A DNA stretch of 64,000 bases from Clostridia bacterium (GCA_045656005.1 JAZOQG010000070.1:8065-72064); one strand, 5' to 3'; shown: positions 31,741-42,194, counted from the stretch's first letter. Program-made: numbers and translations. Notes: generated by a model from the letters alone, not told the origin.

Positions 31741-33054
31741 TCAGTTTTTAATATCATCACGAAGATTATTTATTTCAAGATAGAAATTGCTGTCTTCTGA
31801 CATTTTTTTCTCTATTTCATTAATATTGTGCATTATAGTTGTGTGATGTTTATCAAAAAGTTTTGCAATTTTAAGATGAGAAAGACCAAGTATTTCACGT
31901 AAGAGGTACATTGAAACCTGTCTGGGTTTTACTATTTCATTAGTTTTTCTTGTTCCTAATATGTCTTCTTTCCTTATATTATAAAATTTAGCACAGTTTT
32001 CGATTACCATATCCGGAGTTATAATTTTGCTTCCTGAATGTTCTTCATAATATTTTAAAGCATCAGTCGCAACTTCCATTGTAATTTCTTTGTTTACAAG
32101 GCCTCGGTAAGCTAAAACTTTATTAAATACTCCTTCAAGTTCTCTTATATTTGAAGTAATTTTTTCTGCTATGTATTTTAAAATATCGTTTGAAATTTCT
32201 ATTCCTTCAATTTGGGCTTTTTTCTGCAAAATAGCAACTCTTGTTTCATAGTCAGGAGAATTAATGTCACCTATAAGTCCCCATTCAAAACGTGAGCGAA
32301 GTCTCTCTTCAAGTGTTTTTATTTCTTCAGGATGCTTATCACTTGTAATAATAATTTGTTTATTTGCATCGTACAAAGTATTAAAGGTATGGAAAAATTC
32401 TTCTTCTGTCTGAACTTTTCCTGCAATGAACTGGATATCATCAACCATTAAAACATCAACAGAACGGTATTTATTTCTGAATTGTTCAGTTTTTTTGTCT
32501 CTGATTGAATTAATAAGTTCATTTGTAAAAGTTTCAGATGAAATATAAGCAATCTGAGCAGATTTATTGTTTTCTTTTATGTAATTTCCTATCGCATGCA
32601 AAAGGTGTGTTTTTCCAAGTCCAACTCCGCCGTAGAGAAAAAGAGGATTATATGCCATGGCAGGAGCTTCCGAGACAGCAAGAGAAGCTGCATGTGCAAA
32701 ACGATTTGAATTACCAACAACAAAATTATCAAAAGTATATTTTGGATTTAATGGCATGCCATAAATTTTTTGAGGATTTGAGCTTTGAACAGTTTTTTCC
32801 TGCTCTTCTCCAATAATAACTGAAATATTATATGCTACTCCGCAAATTTCCAATATAGCATTTTTAATAAGTTCGCTGTAACGGTGGTCTATCATGTTTT
32901 TGTTTATTGAAGATGAAACCGACAATATAAAAGTGTCGTCTTCCAAGGATTTTGGTATAATTGTTTTAATCCATGTATTATATCCTATTGGTGTAACTTC
33001 ATTTTCTAAAAGTTCCAAAACTTCTGACCATAATGTGGAAATGTTTTCGTCCAT
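31741..33054 (-). CDS. dnaA: Chromosomal replication initiator protein DnaA
   Basis: AAA+ Walker A GGVGLGKTHLL, C-terminal DnaA-box binding domain. Confidence 0.95.
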   Translation of the reverse strand: MDENISTLWSEVLELLENEVTPIGYNTWIKTIIPKSLEDDTFILSVSSSINKNMIDHRYSELIKNAILEICGVAYNISVIIGEEQEKTVQSSNPQKIYGMPLNPKYTFDNFVVGNSNRFAHAASLAVSEAPAMAYNPLFLYGGVGLGKTHLLHAIGNYIKENNKSAQIAYISSETFTNELINSIRDKKTEQFRNKYRSVDVLMVDDIQFIAGKVQTEEEFFHTFNTLYDANKQIIITSDKHPEEIKTLEERLRSRFEWGLIGDINSPDYETRVAILQKKAQIEGIEISNDILKYIAEKITSNIRELEGVFNKVLAYRGLVNKEITMEVATDALKYYEEHSGSKIITPDMVIENCAKFYNIRKEDILGTRKTNEIVKPRQVSMYLLREILGLSHLKIAKLFDKHHTTIMHNINEIEKKMSEDSNFYLEINNLRDDIKN

Positions 33055-33095
33055 TTTCTCTCTCCTTCGTATAAAATAAGGGTTTTCGTAGATTG

Positions 33096-33350
33096 TGGAA
33101 AAGTAGTATTAATAAATGCAAAAACTGTGGAAAAACCAGGTTATTAACATGTTTTAAGCTATTTTTATGTTGAAAAGTATGTGGAAAACTATAATTTATG
33201 TTGATAACTTTATTTTTGTGTAAAATATCACCAACTAATATAATATCATTTTTTTTCAATTTAAGCAATACTTTTTTAAATTTATTTTATGTTTATAATA
33301 TTATATATTTAAAAGGCAAAAAATTAAATTTCTCAAAAAAAATAAAAAAT
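33096..33350. promoter_or_regulatory. oriC: oriC: DnaA boxes TGTGGAAAA x3 (33096, 33127, 33181), TGTTGATAA (33200), tgtgtaaaa (33218), followed by an AT-rich unwinding region (33240-33350)
   Basis: Boxes read directly, all in the same orientation, upstream of dnaA; gene-strand switch at this point. Confidence 0.7.
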
Positions 33351-33353
33351 GTT

Positions 33354-33382
33354 TGACAAAACGGGTATTTTTATATATAATA
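33354..33382 (+). promoter_or_regulatory. Sigma-A promoter (TTGACA-17-TATAAT) of the rpmH-rnpA operon
   Basis: ttgaca 33354-33359 and tataat about 17 bp downstream. Confidence 0.5.
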
Positions 33383-33427
33383 CAGTAGTGTTTATGTCAT
33401 CAGAAAGTAAAGGGAGGTGTAATAAAT

Positions 33428-33562
33428 ATGTTAAGAACATATCAGCCAAATAAAAGACATAGAAAAATGGAACATGGTTTCAGAAAAAGAATGAGCACCA
33501 AAAACGGTAGAAAAGTTTTGGCAGCCAGAAGAAGAAAGGGCAGAAAAGTTCTCTCTGCATAA
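33428..33562 (+). CDS. rpmH: 50S ribosomal protein L34
   Basis: 44-aa [47 protein letters not shown] with GGGAGGTG RBS; below the ORF-track length cutoff. Confidence 0.9.
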   Translation: MLRTYQPNKRHRKMEHGFRKRMSTKNGRKVLAARRRKGRKVLSA

Positions 33563-33573
33563 TAGGTAATTCT

Positions 33574-33915
33574 ATGAAGAAAACGGAAGCCATTAAGCTT
33601 AACAAAGAATTCAAAAGCTTATATTATCGGGGCGGTTGTCAGGTATCTAAAAGAGTAGTTTTTTACTATAGAAAAAATAAACGTCTTAATGATATAAACC
33701 GCCTTGGTCTTACCGTGAGTAAAAAAGTTGGAAATGCCGTTATAAGAAACAGAGTGAGAAGACTTATTAAGGAAAACTGGCGACTGCGGGAAGATTTAAT
33801 TTTGACGGGTTATGATATTGTAATTGTAGCAAGAGCCGCAGCGGCAGGTGCCACTTATGCTGAAATAGGAAAAGATATGGATTATCTTTTGAGAAAGTGC
33901 GGTCTTTTTTCTTGA
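33574..33915 (+). CDS. rnpA: Ribonuclease P protein component
   Basis: 113 aa basic protein directly after rpmH. Confidence 0.85.
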   Translation: MKKTEAIKLNKEFKSLYYRGGCQVSKRVVFYYRKNKRLNDINRLGLTVSKKVGNAVIRNRVRRLIKENWRLREDLILTGYDIVIVARAAAAGATYAEIGKDMDYLLRKCGLFS

Positions 33916-34121
33916 AGAAGATTTGTCTTAATTTAATTTTATTTTACAGAAAAAAAATATCACCTATAAAAAAACCCTGTTGCAGATTTATGCCTACATG
34001 CTCAGAGTATGCTTATGAGGCAATTAAAAAGTACGGGGTTTTAAAAGGCGGTTTTTTATCTGTTAAAAGATTAATAAGGTGTAACCCTTTTTGTAAGGGA
34101 GGGTATGACCCTTTAAAATAA
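33897..34121 (+). CDS. yidD: Membrane protein insertion efficiency factor YidD
   Basis: CRFMPTCSEYAYEAIKKYG motif. Confidence 0.8.
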   Translation: MRSFFLKKICLNLILFYRKKISPIKKPCCRFMPTCSEYAYEAIKKYGVLKGGFLSVKRLIRCNPFCKGGYDPLK

Positions 34122-34131
34122 GGAGATTAAT

Positions 34132-34959
34132 ATGGGTTCTATTGCAAGACTTTTAGGAAGTCTTTTAAAAGTAATATACGATTTAGTTGGAAATTACGGT
34201 CTGGCAATTTTGTTTTTTACTGTTATTGTAAGGATTATTTTATTGCCGCTTAATATAAAACAACAACGTTCTATGATGCGTATGCAGGCAGTTTCGCCTC
34301 TTATTACGGAAATTCAGGAAAAATATAAAAACGATAAAGAAAAATCAGCCCAGGAAACTATGAAGGTTTATCAGAAATATAAGATAAGTCCTATGGCAGG
34401 ATGTCTTCCTATGCTTATCCAGTTTCCGGTGCTTATTGCTCTTATCTGGGTAATTTATGATCCTGGACGTTATCTTTTTGGAGTTGATACTACAAATGCA
34501 CTTGAAATTATGCAGAAAATTGACCCTTTAATTAAAAATCCAACAGTTGCGAAACTTATGATGGCAGTTGAGCAATGCGGACTTAATTCTATGTTTATGG
34601 GTATTAATTTAACATCAATTCCTAATTTTGCACTTGTGTCACTTGATTGGATTTTCCCGCTTTTAGCAACGGGTGCAACTTATCTTACGGGTAAAATGAC
34701 ACAAAATAAACAGCAAAATACAAATTCGGACAACCCTGCACAGCAATCCACAAAAATGATGACAACATTTATGCCTCTTATGACATTGTTCTTTACTTTT
34801 ACAATGCCTGTTGCCGCATCATTTTACTGGTTTGTAAGCAGTGCAATTCAGATTGTTCAGACATTTGTTTTGAATAAGATTTTAAAAGTAGAATCTATCG
34901 AACTGGATAAAGGAGAAAATTGGCATGAAAGAAATAATAAAAAAAGGAAAAACGGTTGA
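34132..34959 (+). CDS. yidC: YidC/Oxa1 family membrane protein insertase (short Gram-positive form)
   Basis: 275 aa, multiple TMs, YidC core. Confidence 0.85.
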   Translation: MGSIARLLGSLLKVIYDLVGNYGLAILFFTVIVRIILLPLNIKQQRSMMRMQAVSPLITEIQEKYKNDKEKSAQETMKVYQKYKISPMAGCLPMLIQFPVLIALIWVIYDPGRYLFGVDTTNALEIMQKIDPLIKNPTVAKLMMAVEQCGLNSMFMGINLTSIPNFALVSLDWIFPLLATGATYLTGKMTQNKQQNTNSDNPAQQSTKMMTTFMPLMTLFFTFTMPVAASFYWFVSSAIQIVQTFVLNKILKVESIELDKGENWHERNNKKRKNG

Positions 34960-35554
34960 TGAGGCAATAAATGCCGCACTTTCCGAGCTTGGTGTTTCAC
35001 GTGAAAACGCAAAAATCGAAATAATTTCTGAAGGAAATAAAGGTATTTTCGGTATTGGAAGCAAAGATGCAGAGGTTAAAGTATCTTTCGGAGAAATGGA
35101 TGCAGAGGCTATTGCAAAAGATTTTGTTGAAAATATTGTAGAAAAGCTTGGTCTTAATGCTGAAATTACCACTTCTGCAGAAGAAGATAAAGTCAACATG
35201 AACATTTCAGGTGACGGAATGGGAATAATAATAGGAAGAAGAGGAGAAACACTTTCTTCACTTCAGTATCTTACAAATCTCGTTGTTAACCGCAAGGTTG
35301 ATGATTATATTAAAGTTTCAATTGATACTGAAAATTACAAGCAGAAAAGGGAAGAGGCTCTTATAAAACTCGCTCACAAGACTGCAGAAAAGGTTATTAA
35401 GTACAGAAGAAGTTTTACTCTTGAACCTATGAATCCCTATGAAAGAAAAGTTATTCATTCCGCTTTGCAGGAAAATGAAAAAATAAGTACATACAGCACC
35501 GGAAGCGAGCCTTCAAGAAGAGTTGTTGTAGCACTTAAAAGAGACGATTTTTAA
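34925..35554 (+). CDS. jag: Jag/KhpB RNA-binding protein (KH + R3H domains)
   Basis: C-terminal R3H (LEPMNPYERKVIHSAL), conserved position. Confidence 0.8.
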   Translation: MKEIIKKGKTVDEAINAALSELGVSRENAKIEIISEGNKGIFGIGSKDAEVKVSFGEMDAEAIAKDFVENIVEKLGLNAEITTSAEEDKVNMNISGDGMGIIIGRRGETLSSLQYLTNLVVNRKVDDYIKVSIDTENYKQKREEALIKLAHKTAEKVIKYRRSFTLEPMNPYERKVIHSALQENEKISTYSTGSEPSRRVVVALKRDDF

Positions 35555-35611
35555 AAAACAAAGCCGTTCGTTTATCGGATGGCTTTTTAAGTATTGTAAG
35601 GTGAAAATATT

Positions 35612-36964
35612 ATGATATTTAATGATACTATTGCCGCAATTTCAACACCGAGAGGAACTGGTGGAGTTGCAATAATAAGAGTAAGCGGAGAAAATTCAAG
35701 GGAAATTTGTTCTAAAATTTTCAAGGGTAAAAAAAGTGTAAATGATTTTACTCCTTATCTTATGGAATATGGCAGTATCCGGGATTTAGACGGAAATTTA
35801 ATAGATAAAGTTTTATGCGTTTATATGAAAAAAGGCGCATCTTATACGGGTGAAGATACTGTTGAAATTCATTGCCACGGCGGTTATTTTGTAAGTGAAA
35901 AAATACTTGAAACAGTTATAAGTGCAGGTGCTCGTCCTGCCCTGCCCGGTGAATTTACAAAAATTGCATTTTTAAACGGGAAAATGGATTTGTCTCAGGC
36001 AGAGGCGGTTATTGATTTAATAAATTCTAAAACTAATGAAGAACTTTCAGAAGCTGTAAACAGAGTTGACGGAGTGCTTTCAAAAAAAATCAATGATATA
36101 AGAAATGTAATTTTGGATATTACTGCGCAAGTGCTTGTTATTGCAGATTATCCGGAAGAAGATATTGATTATGTTAAGAAAAATGAGTTTTTGTCACTGA
36201 TTTCTGAAGTAAGAGATAAAATAAGTTATCTTATAAAAACTGCTGACAAAGGAACTTTTTTAAAGGAAGGAATTTCTGTTGCGCTTATCGGAAGACCAAA
36301 TACCGGAAAATCTTCAATCCTGAATGTTTTATCAGGCGAAAACAGGGCTATTGTAACTGATTTGCCCGGAACTACCCGTGATGTGCTTGAATGTGCCGTG
36401 AACATTAATGGTTTTACAGTAAGACTTTATGATACTGCCGGAATAAGAGAAACAGAAGGTATTGTTGAAAAAATAGGAATTGACAAGTCAAAGGAATATC
36501 TTAATAAGGCGGATGTTTGCGTTATGGTACTTGATAGCGGTGATATAACGGACGAAGACTTTAAAATACTTGAAAGTGCAGAAGGTAAAAGGCTTATAAT
36601 AGCAGTAAACAAAACCGATTTATGTATGAAGGAATTTAAGCACAGTGCACCTACAGTTTATATTTCTGCAAAGGAAAAAGAAGGTTTTGATGAGCTTAAA
36701 TCAGAAATTATAAGAATTGTAACGGGTGACGATGTTTTCTCTGACGAAAAAGTTCTTATAACAAATTTAAGACAAAAAGAGGCTTTAATAAGGGCTCTTG
36801 AAAATATCAATGGTGCAATAAATACTTTAGAAAATAATTTTCCGGTTGATATGGTGGCAGGTGATTTGGAAAATGCCGCATATTGCCTTGGAGAAATAAC
36901 GGGAATGACAGTTACTGATGAGATTATTGACAGAATTTTCAGTAAATTCTGTCTGGGAAAATAA
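35612..36964 (+). CDS. mnmE: tRNA modification GTPase MnmE
   Basis: G-domain GRPNTGKSS, C-terminal CxGK. Confidence 0.9.
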   Translation: MIFNDTIAAISTPRGTGGVAIIRVSGENSREICSKIFKGKKSVNDFTPYLMEYGSIRDLDGNLIDKVLCVYMKKGASYTGEDTVEIHCHGGYFVSEKILETVISAGARPALPGEFTKIAFLNGKMDLSQAEAVIDLINSKTNEELSEAVNRVDGVLSKKINDIRNVILDITAQVLVIADYPEEDIDYVKKNEFLSLISEVRDKISYLIKTADKGTFLKEGISVALIGRPNTGKSSILNVLSGENRAIVTDLPGTTRDVLECAVNINGFTVRLYDTAGIRETEGIVEKIGIDKSKEYLNKADVCVMVLDSGDITDEDFKILESAEGKRLIIAVNKTDLCMKEFKHSAPTVYISAKEKEGFDELKSEIIRIVTGDDVFSDEKVLITNLRQKEALIRALENINGAINTLENNFPVDMVAGDLENAAYCLGEITGMTVTDEIIDRIFSKFCLGK

Positions 36965-36977
36965 GAGGAAGGTAGAA

Positions 36978-38852
36978 ATGAATTACTACGGTGAAGAATA
37001 TGAAGTAATAGTTGTAGGCGGCGGCCATGCAGGATGCGAGGCGGCGGTCTCTTCGGCACGTCTTGGTGCAAAAACAGCTCTTTTTACATTAAGCCTTGAT
37101 GCCGTTGGAAATATGGCATGTAATCCCAATATAGGCGGAAGTGCAAAGGGGCATCTAGTTCGTGAGATAGATGCTCTTGGCGGAATTATGGGCAAAGCCG
37201 CAGATAACACACTTATTCAGTCGCGAATTCTCAATAAGGGCAAAGGGCCTGCTGTGTGGGCGCTTCGTGCACAGGCGGACAGATGGGCATACCGCGAGGA
37301 AATTAAAAGAATTATAGAATTTACCGATAACCTTGACGTAAAGCAGGGTGAAGTTGTAGATATAATAGTTGAAGACGGAAAAATAGAAGGTGTTAAAACC
37401 TTAACAGGTGGTATCTATAAAGCAAAGAAAGTTATTATCTGTTCGGGAACGTATTTAGGCGGTAAGATAATAGTTGGAGAGCACAGCCATCAGGGAGGTC
37501 CTGACGGGATGTTTGCCGCAACGGCATTAAGTAAAGCTCTTTCTGAAAAAGGGATTGAAATTTTAAGATTTAAAACGGGTACACCGCCGAGAATAAGCGG
37601 AAAAACTGTTGATTTTTCTCAAATGGAAGAGCAATGCGGTGATGATGAAATTTTGCCATTTTCTTTTGAAGAAGAAAGAAAGCTAGAGAATAAAGTTTCC
37701 TGCTACCTGACATATACAAATGAAAAAACACATGAGATTATAAGAGCAAACCTGCACAGAGCACCGATGTTCAGCGGACAAATAAAAGGTGTTGGTGCAA
37801 GATATTGCCCATCTATTGAAGATAAGGTTGTTCGTTTCAGCGAAAAACCGAGACATCAGATATTCATTGAGCCTATGGGTTTAAATTCTGACGAAATGTA
37901 TGTTCAGGGACTTTCAACATCTATGCCTGAAGAAGTGCAAATACAGATGCTTCATTCAATAAAAGGCCTTGAAAACTGTAAAATGATGAGAACTGCATAT
38001 GCTATTGAATATGATTGCATAAATCCCCTTCAGCTTAAACAGTCTCTTGAGTTTAAAGAAATTGAGGGGCTTTACGGTGCAGGACAATTTAATGGTACAT
38101 CAGGTTATGAAGAAGCTGCTGCTCAGGGACTTATTGCAGGTATTAATGCAGCATTATCTTTAAAAGGAGAAGAACCTGTTGTAATAGGACGTGACGGTGG
38201 ATATATTGGCGTTTTGATTGATGACCTTGTAACAAAAGGAACAAATGAGCCATACAGAATGATGACATCACGTTCCGAATATCGCCTTCTTTTAAGAGAG
38301 GATAATGCTGATGAAAGGCTTACACCAATAGGATATAAAATAGGTCTTATAAGTGAAGAAAGATATAAAAAATTTAAAGAAAAAATGTCTCTTATAAATC
38401 ATGAAATAGAGAGACTTGAAAAAACATCTGTGTCGCCAAGTGAGAAACTCAACGAAATTCTTACAAAAAATGGTACTGATGCAGTTACAACAGGTATAAG
38501 ACTTGCAGACCTTTTGAGAAGACCGCAGGTAAGTATTAAAGATTTAAAAGAAATTGACACTACAAGACCTGATTTACCTGAGGATATTTTTACTCAGGCA
38601 GAGGTAAAAATTAAATATGCAGGTTATATAAAAAGACAAAAAATAATTGTTGAGCAATTCAGAAAGCTCGAAAGCAGAAAAATCCCCAAGGATATTGATT
38701 ATGCAAACATTGAAGGATTAAGGCTTGAAGCCAGACAGAAACTTACGAAGTTTATGCCTGAAAATATTGGTCAGGCATCAAGAATTTCAGGTGTTTCGCC
38801 TGCTGATATATCTGTTTTGCTTGTATATGTTGAGAGGATGAAAAAGGCATGA
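36978..38852 (+). CDS. mnmG: tRNA uridine 5-carboxymethylaminomethyl modification enzyme MnmG (GidA)
   Basis: VIVVGGGHAGCEAA FAD motif; ATG at 36978 with RBS. Confidence 0.9.
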   Translation: MNYYGEEYEVIVVGGGHAGCEAAVSSARLGAKTALFTLSLDAVGNMACNPNIGGSAKGHLVREIDALGGIMGKAADNTLIQSRILNKGKGPAVWALRAQADRWAYREEIKRIIEFTDNLDVKQGEVVDIIVEDGKIEGVKTLTGGIYKAKKVIICSGTYLGGKIIVGEHSHQGGPDGMFAATALSKALSEKGIEILRFKTGTPPRISGKTVDFSQMEEQCGDDEILPFSFEEERKLENKVSCYLTYTNEKTHEIIRANLHRAPMFSGQIKGVGARYCPSIEDKVVRFSEKPRHQIFIEPMGLNSDEMYVQGLSTSMPEEVQIQMLHSIKGLENCKMMRTAYAIEYDCINPLQLKQSLEFKEIEGLYGAGQFNGTSGYEEAAAQGLIAGINAALSLKGEEPVVIGRDGGYIGVLIDDLVTKGTNEPYRMMTSRSEYRLLLREDNADERLTPIGYKIGLISEERYKKFKEKMSLINHEIERLEKTSVSPSEKLNEILTKNGTDAVTTGIRLADLLRRPQVSIKDLKEIDTTRPDLPEDIFTQAEVKIKYAGYIKRQKIIVEQFRKLESRKIPKDIDYANIEGLRLEARQKLTKFMPENIGQASRISGVSPADISVLLVYVERMKKA

Positions 38853-39550
38853 ATTCATACCTGAAAGAAGGACTTACTTTTTTTGGTGTTACCCCTGATG
38901 AGAATATTGCAGCAAAATTCCAAAAATACGAAGAAATGCTTGTTGAAACAAATAAACTTTTTAATCTTACTGCTATCACAGAAACAGACGAAATAAATAT
39001 AAAGCATTTTGTTGACAGTATTTCATGCCAGAACCTGATACCCGGAGGAAGCAGCGTTATTGATGTCGGAACTGGGGCAGGATTTCCGGGAATACCGTTG
39101 AAAATTGTAAGAAATGACATAAAACTTACACTTCTAGATTCTCTTGGAAAAAGAGTAAATTTTTTAAATAATGTTATTTCAGAACTTTCTCTTTCTGATG
39201 CCAATGCTTATCATATGCGAGCGGAAGATGGCGGCAAAGATAAAGCCTTCAGAGAAAAATTTGATGTCGCAACATCACGTGCTGTGGCTAATTTGCCCGT
39301 TCTTTGTGAGTATTGTCTGCCTTTTGTAAAGGTTGGCGGGTGTTTTCTTGCACTTAAAGGTCGTGATGCGGAGACCGAGGTCGAAAATTCGGAAAAAGCT
39401 CTGAAAATTTTAGGTGGAAAAGTAATAAAAACAGAAGAAGTTTTTTGGCAGGGTTTGGAACATCGTGTCGTAGTTATTGAAAAAATATGTAAAACCCCAT
39501 CACGTTTTCCAAGAAATGCAGGAAAACCGTCTAAAGAACCGATAATTTGA
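38849..39550 (+). CDS. rsmG: 16S rRNA (guanine527-N7)-methyltransferase RsmG (GidB)
   Basis: GTGAGFPGIP SAM motif. Confidence 0.85.
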   Translation: MNSYLKEGLTFFGVTPDENIAAKFQKYEEMLVETNKLFNLTAITETDEINIKHFVDSISCQNLIPGGSSVIDVGTGAGFPGIPLKIVRNDIKLTLLDSLGKRVNFLNNVISELSLSDANAYHMRAEDGGKDKAFREKFDVATSRAVANLPVLCEYCLPFVKVGGCFLALKGRDAETEVENSEKALKILGGKVIKTEEVFWQGLEHRVVVIEKICKTPSRFPRNAGKPSKEPII

Positions 39551-39631
39551 CGAATTGTTTTTCTTTACATGACAGATATATCGTGGTATTATAGCATTTG
39601 AAGGAATATTTTTCCGAAAGGAGTTTTGCTT

Positions 39632-40438
39632 ATGTTTGATACACACGATAACTCCGATAAAGTAATAAACATTCCGATAAATGCAATTAAGCCAAACCCA
39701 TACAGACCGAGAAAGTTTTTTGATGTAACTTCCGTATCAGAGCTTGCCGATTCCATTAAGAAATTAGGGCTCCTTCAGCCAATTTCTGTAAGGCGGTTAA
39801 AGCCGGGTACATACGAGCTTATATCAGGAGAAAGGCGGCTTCGTGCTGCAGAAATGGCAGGTTTTGAAAATATTAATGCCATTTTATTTTCTGTCTCAGA
39901 TGATGATTGTGCTATGCTTGCGCTTTCCGAAAATTTACAACGAAAAAATATTAATTTTTTTGAAGAGGCAAATGCTTTTTACAATCTTATTTTTGAGCAC
40001 ATGATTTCACGGGAAGAGGTTTCTAAAAGTACAGGTGTGAGTGAAAGCAGAATATCTAAGATGCTGAAACTCAGCAGGCTGTCATTGGCAATTAAGAATA
40101 TTATTATTGAAAATAGTCTTACAGAAGAGCATGCGTTTGCACTTCTTAAGATACCCGATGAAGGCAAAAGGATGGAGGCTCTTAAGAAAGCCATTGAAAT
40201 AGGAATGTCTGCTAAGGATTTTTACAGGTTTACAGACGGGCTTGTTCAGACTGAGGTTCCAAAAATTAAAATTCCTTGTCAAAAGGGTCAAAAGAAGCAT
40301 GCATCAGTTGACAACAGAATAATTTTTAACACTTTAAATAAAGCATTAAAACTTATTGAGGAAGCCGGAGTCAAGACAAAATCCCGAAAGACTGAGCATG
40401 AAAAATTTTACGAATACGTAATAAGAATAGCAAAATAA
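39632..40438 (+). CDS. noc: ParB-like nucleoid occlusion protein (Noc-type paralog)
   Basis: ParB N-terminal domain (GERRLRAA); gene order rsmG-noc-soj-spo0J. Confidence 0.7.
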   Translation: MFDTHDNSDKVINIPINAIKPNPYRPRKFFDVTSVSELADSIKKLGLLQPISVRRLKPGTYELISGERRLRAAEMAGFENINAILFSVSDDDCAMLALSENLQRKNINFFEEANAFYNLIFEHMISREEVSKSTGVSESRISKMLKLSRLSLAIKNIIIENSLTEEHAFALLKIPDEGKRMEALKKAIEIGMSAKDFYRFTDGLVQTEVPKIKIPCQKGQKKHASVDNRIIFNTLNKALKLIEEAGVKTKSRKTEHEKFYEYVIRIAK

Positions 40439-40442
40439 TATG

Positions 40443-40458
40443 TGTTTCACGTGAAACA
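40443..40458. promoter_or_regulatory. parS: parS site, perfect match to TGTTNCACGTGAAACA
   Basis: tgtttcacgtgaaaca read directly. Confidence 0.8.
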
Positions 40459-40489
40459 GAAAAATTTTTTAAAATTATTTTTAAAAAAG

Positions 40490-40505
40490 TGTTTCATGTG
40501 AAACA
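40490..40505. promoter_or_regulatory. parS: Second parS-like site (tgtttcatgtgaaaca, one mismatch)
   Basis: Read directly, 47 bp from the first. Confidence 0.65.
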
Positions 40506-40563
40506 ATTTTGTGTTATAATATATTTATGTGCTAATGAATTAAAACTACAAAGGAGGTTCCTT

Positions 40564-41331
40564 ATGTCAAAAGTGATTGCTGTTGCAAATCAAAAAGGCG
40601 GTGTGGGAAAAACCACAACAGCAGTAAATCTGTCAGCATGCCTCGCAAAAATGGGCAAAAAAGTTTTGATTATAGATATAGACCCACAGGGAAATGCTAC
40701 AAGCGGACTTGGTATTGACACAAAGGAAATTGAAAAGTCAATATATGATGTTCTTATAAATTCTGCATCCATTGAAGAGATAATGAAGGAGACGGATTAC
40801 AAAAATCTTTACATATGTCCTTCGAGTCCTGCGCTTTCAGGAGCGGAAGTAGAACTTGTTACTGTAATGGGCAGAGAATATCAGCTTAAATCTGCAACGG
40901 AGCAGACAAGAGAAGAGTTTGATTACATTATAATGGATTGTCCGCCATCTTTAGGTCTTGTAACATTAAATGCATTTACTGCCTGCGACTCCGTGCTCGT
41001 TCCTATTCAGTGTGAATACTATGCACTTGAGGGACTCAGCAGTTTAACGGGAACAATAAAAAGAGTAAAGCAAGTATTAAATCCTAAGATTGAAATAGAA
41101 GGCGTTCTTTTAACCATGTTTGATTCAAGAACAAATCTTGCAATTCAGGTTGTTGACGAAGTTAAAAAATATTTTCCTGATAAGGTTTATAAAACGATAA
41201 TCCCAAGAAACGTAAGGCTTAGCGAGGCACCCGGATTTGGTCAGCCTATAATAGTTTATGACCCTGCCTCCAGAGGCTCTGAAAGCTATATAGACCTTGC
41301 GGAAGAACTGGTTGAAAGGAGCGAAAGCTGA
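40564..41331 (+). CDS. soj: Chromosome partitioning ATPase ParA/Soj
   Basis: KGGVGKTTT deviant Walker A; RBS AAAGGAGG. Confidence 0.9.
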   Translation: MSKVIAVANQKGGVGKTTTAVNLSACLAKMGKKVLIIDIDPQGNATSGLGIDTKEIEKSIYDVLINSASIEEIMKETDYKNLYICPSSPALSGAEVELVTVMGREYQLKSATEQTREEFDYIIMDCPPSLGLVTLNAFTACDSVLVPIQCEYYALEGLSSLTGTIKRVKQVLNPKIEIEGVLLTMFDSRTNLAIQVVDEVKKYFPDKVYKTIIPRNVRLSEAPGFGQPIIVYDPASRGSESYIDLAEELVERSES

Positions 41332-42194
41332 TGGCAGTTAAAGGCGGACTTGGAAAAGGGCTTGATGCACTTTTTAGTGCTGGCGAGCCTCTGGCTGAAG
41401 AAACAGAAGAACTTAAAGAAATAAGAATAAGTCTTATTGAGCCTAACAGTGAGCAGCCAAGAAAAACTTTTGACGAAGAGCAGCTTCAGGCGCTTAGTGA
41501 TTCAATAAGTAAACATGGTGTTATTCAGCCAATTATAGTAACAAAAGAAAATAGCGGGTTCTATAAAATAATAGCAGGTGAAAGAAGATGGAGAGCCGCA
41601 AAGCTTTGCGGACTTGCAACGATTCCTGCAATAGTAAGAAGCTATGAAAGCCAAAAGGCGGCAGAAGTTGCGCTTATAGAAAACCTGCAAAGGGAAAATT
41701 TAAATCCGATAGAAGAAGCAGAAGGATATCAGTATCTTATAGATAATTTCAATCTTACTCAGGAGCAGGTTGGAGAAAAAGTGGGTAAAAGCCGTTCTGC
41801 GGTTGCAAATACCATAAGACTTTTATCCCTTTCTGAAAATCTTGTTGACATGGTAAGAAAAGGAGTTATATCAAGCGGTCACGCAAGAGCTTTGCTATCT
41901 GTTGACAGCGAAACCGGCAGACAGGAGCTTGCAGAAAAAATAATCAGAGAGCAGATGTCTGTGCGTGATATTGAGAAGGAAGTAGGAAAAACTAAAAAAA
42001 CAAAATTAACTCCTCCTATGCCTAAAGAAGAAATTCCTGAAATACTTGATATAGAGAAAAAACTTTCTGCTGACCTTGGAACAAAGGTAAAAATAAAGTA
42101 TGGCGGAAAAAGAGGTAAAATTGAAATCGAGTATTACGGCGATACCGACCTTGAGAGACTTTTGGAAATAATTGGCAAAAAAATCAAGGGATAA
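41331..42194 (+). CDS. spo0J: Chromosome partitioning protein ParB/Spo0J
   Basis: GERRWRAAKLCGL ParB box, HTH. Confidence 0.9.
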   Translation: MAVKGGLGKGLDALFSAGEPLAEETEELKEIRISLIEPNSEQPRKTFDEEQLQALSDSISKHGVIQPIIVTKENSGFYKIIAGERRWRAAKLCGLATIPAIVRSYESQKAAEVALIENLQRENLNPIEEAEGYQYLIDNFNLTQEQVGEKVGKSRSAVANTIRLLSLSENLVDMVRKGVISSGHARALLSVDSETGRQELAEKIIREQMSVRDIEKEVGKTKKTKLTPPMPKEEIPEILDIEKKLSADLGTKVKIKYGGKRGKIEIEYYGDTDLERLLEIIGKKIKG

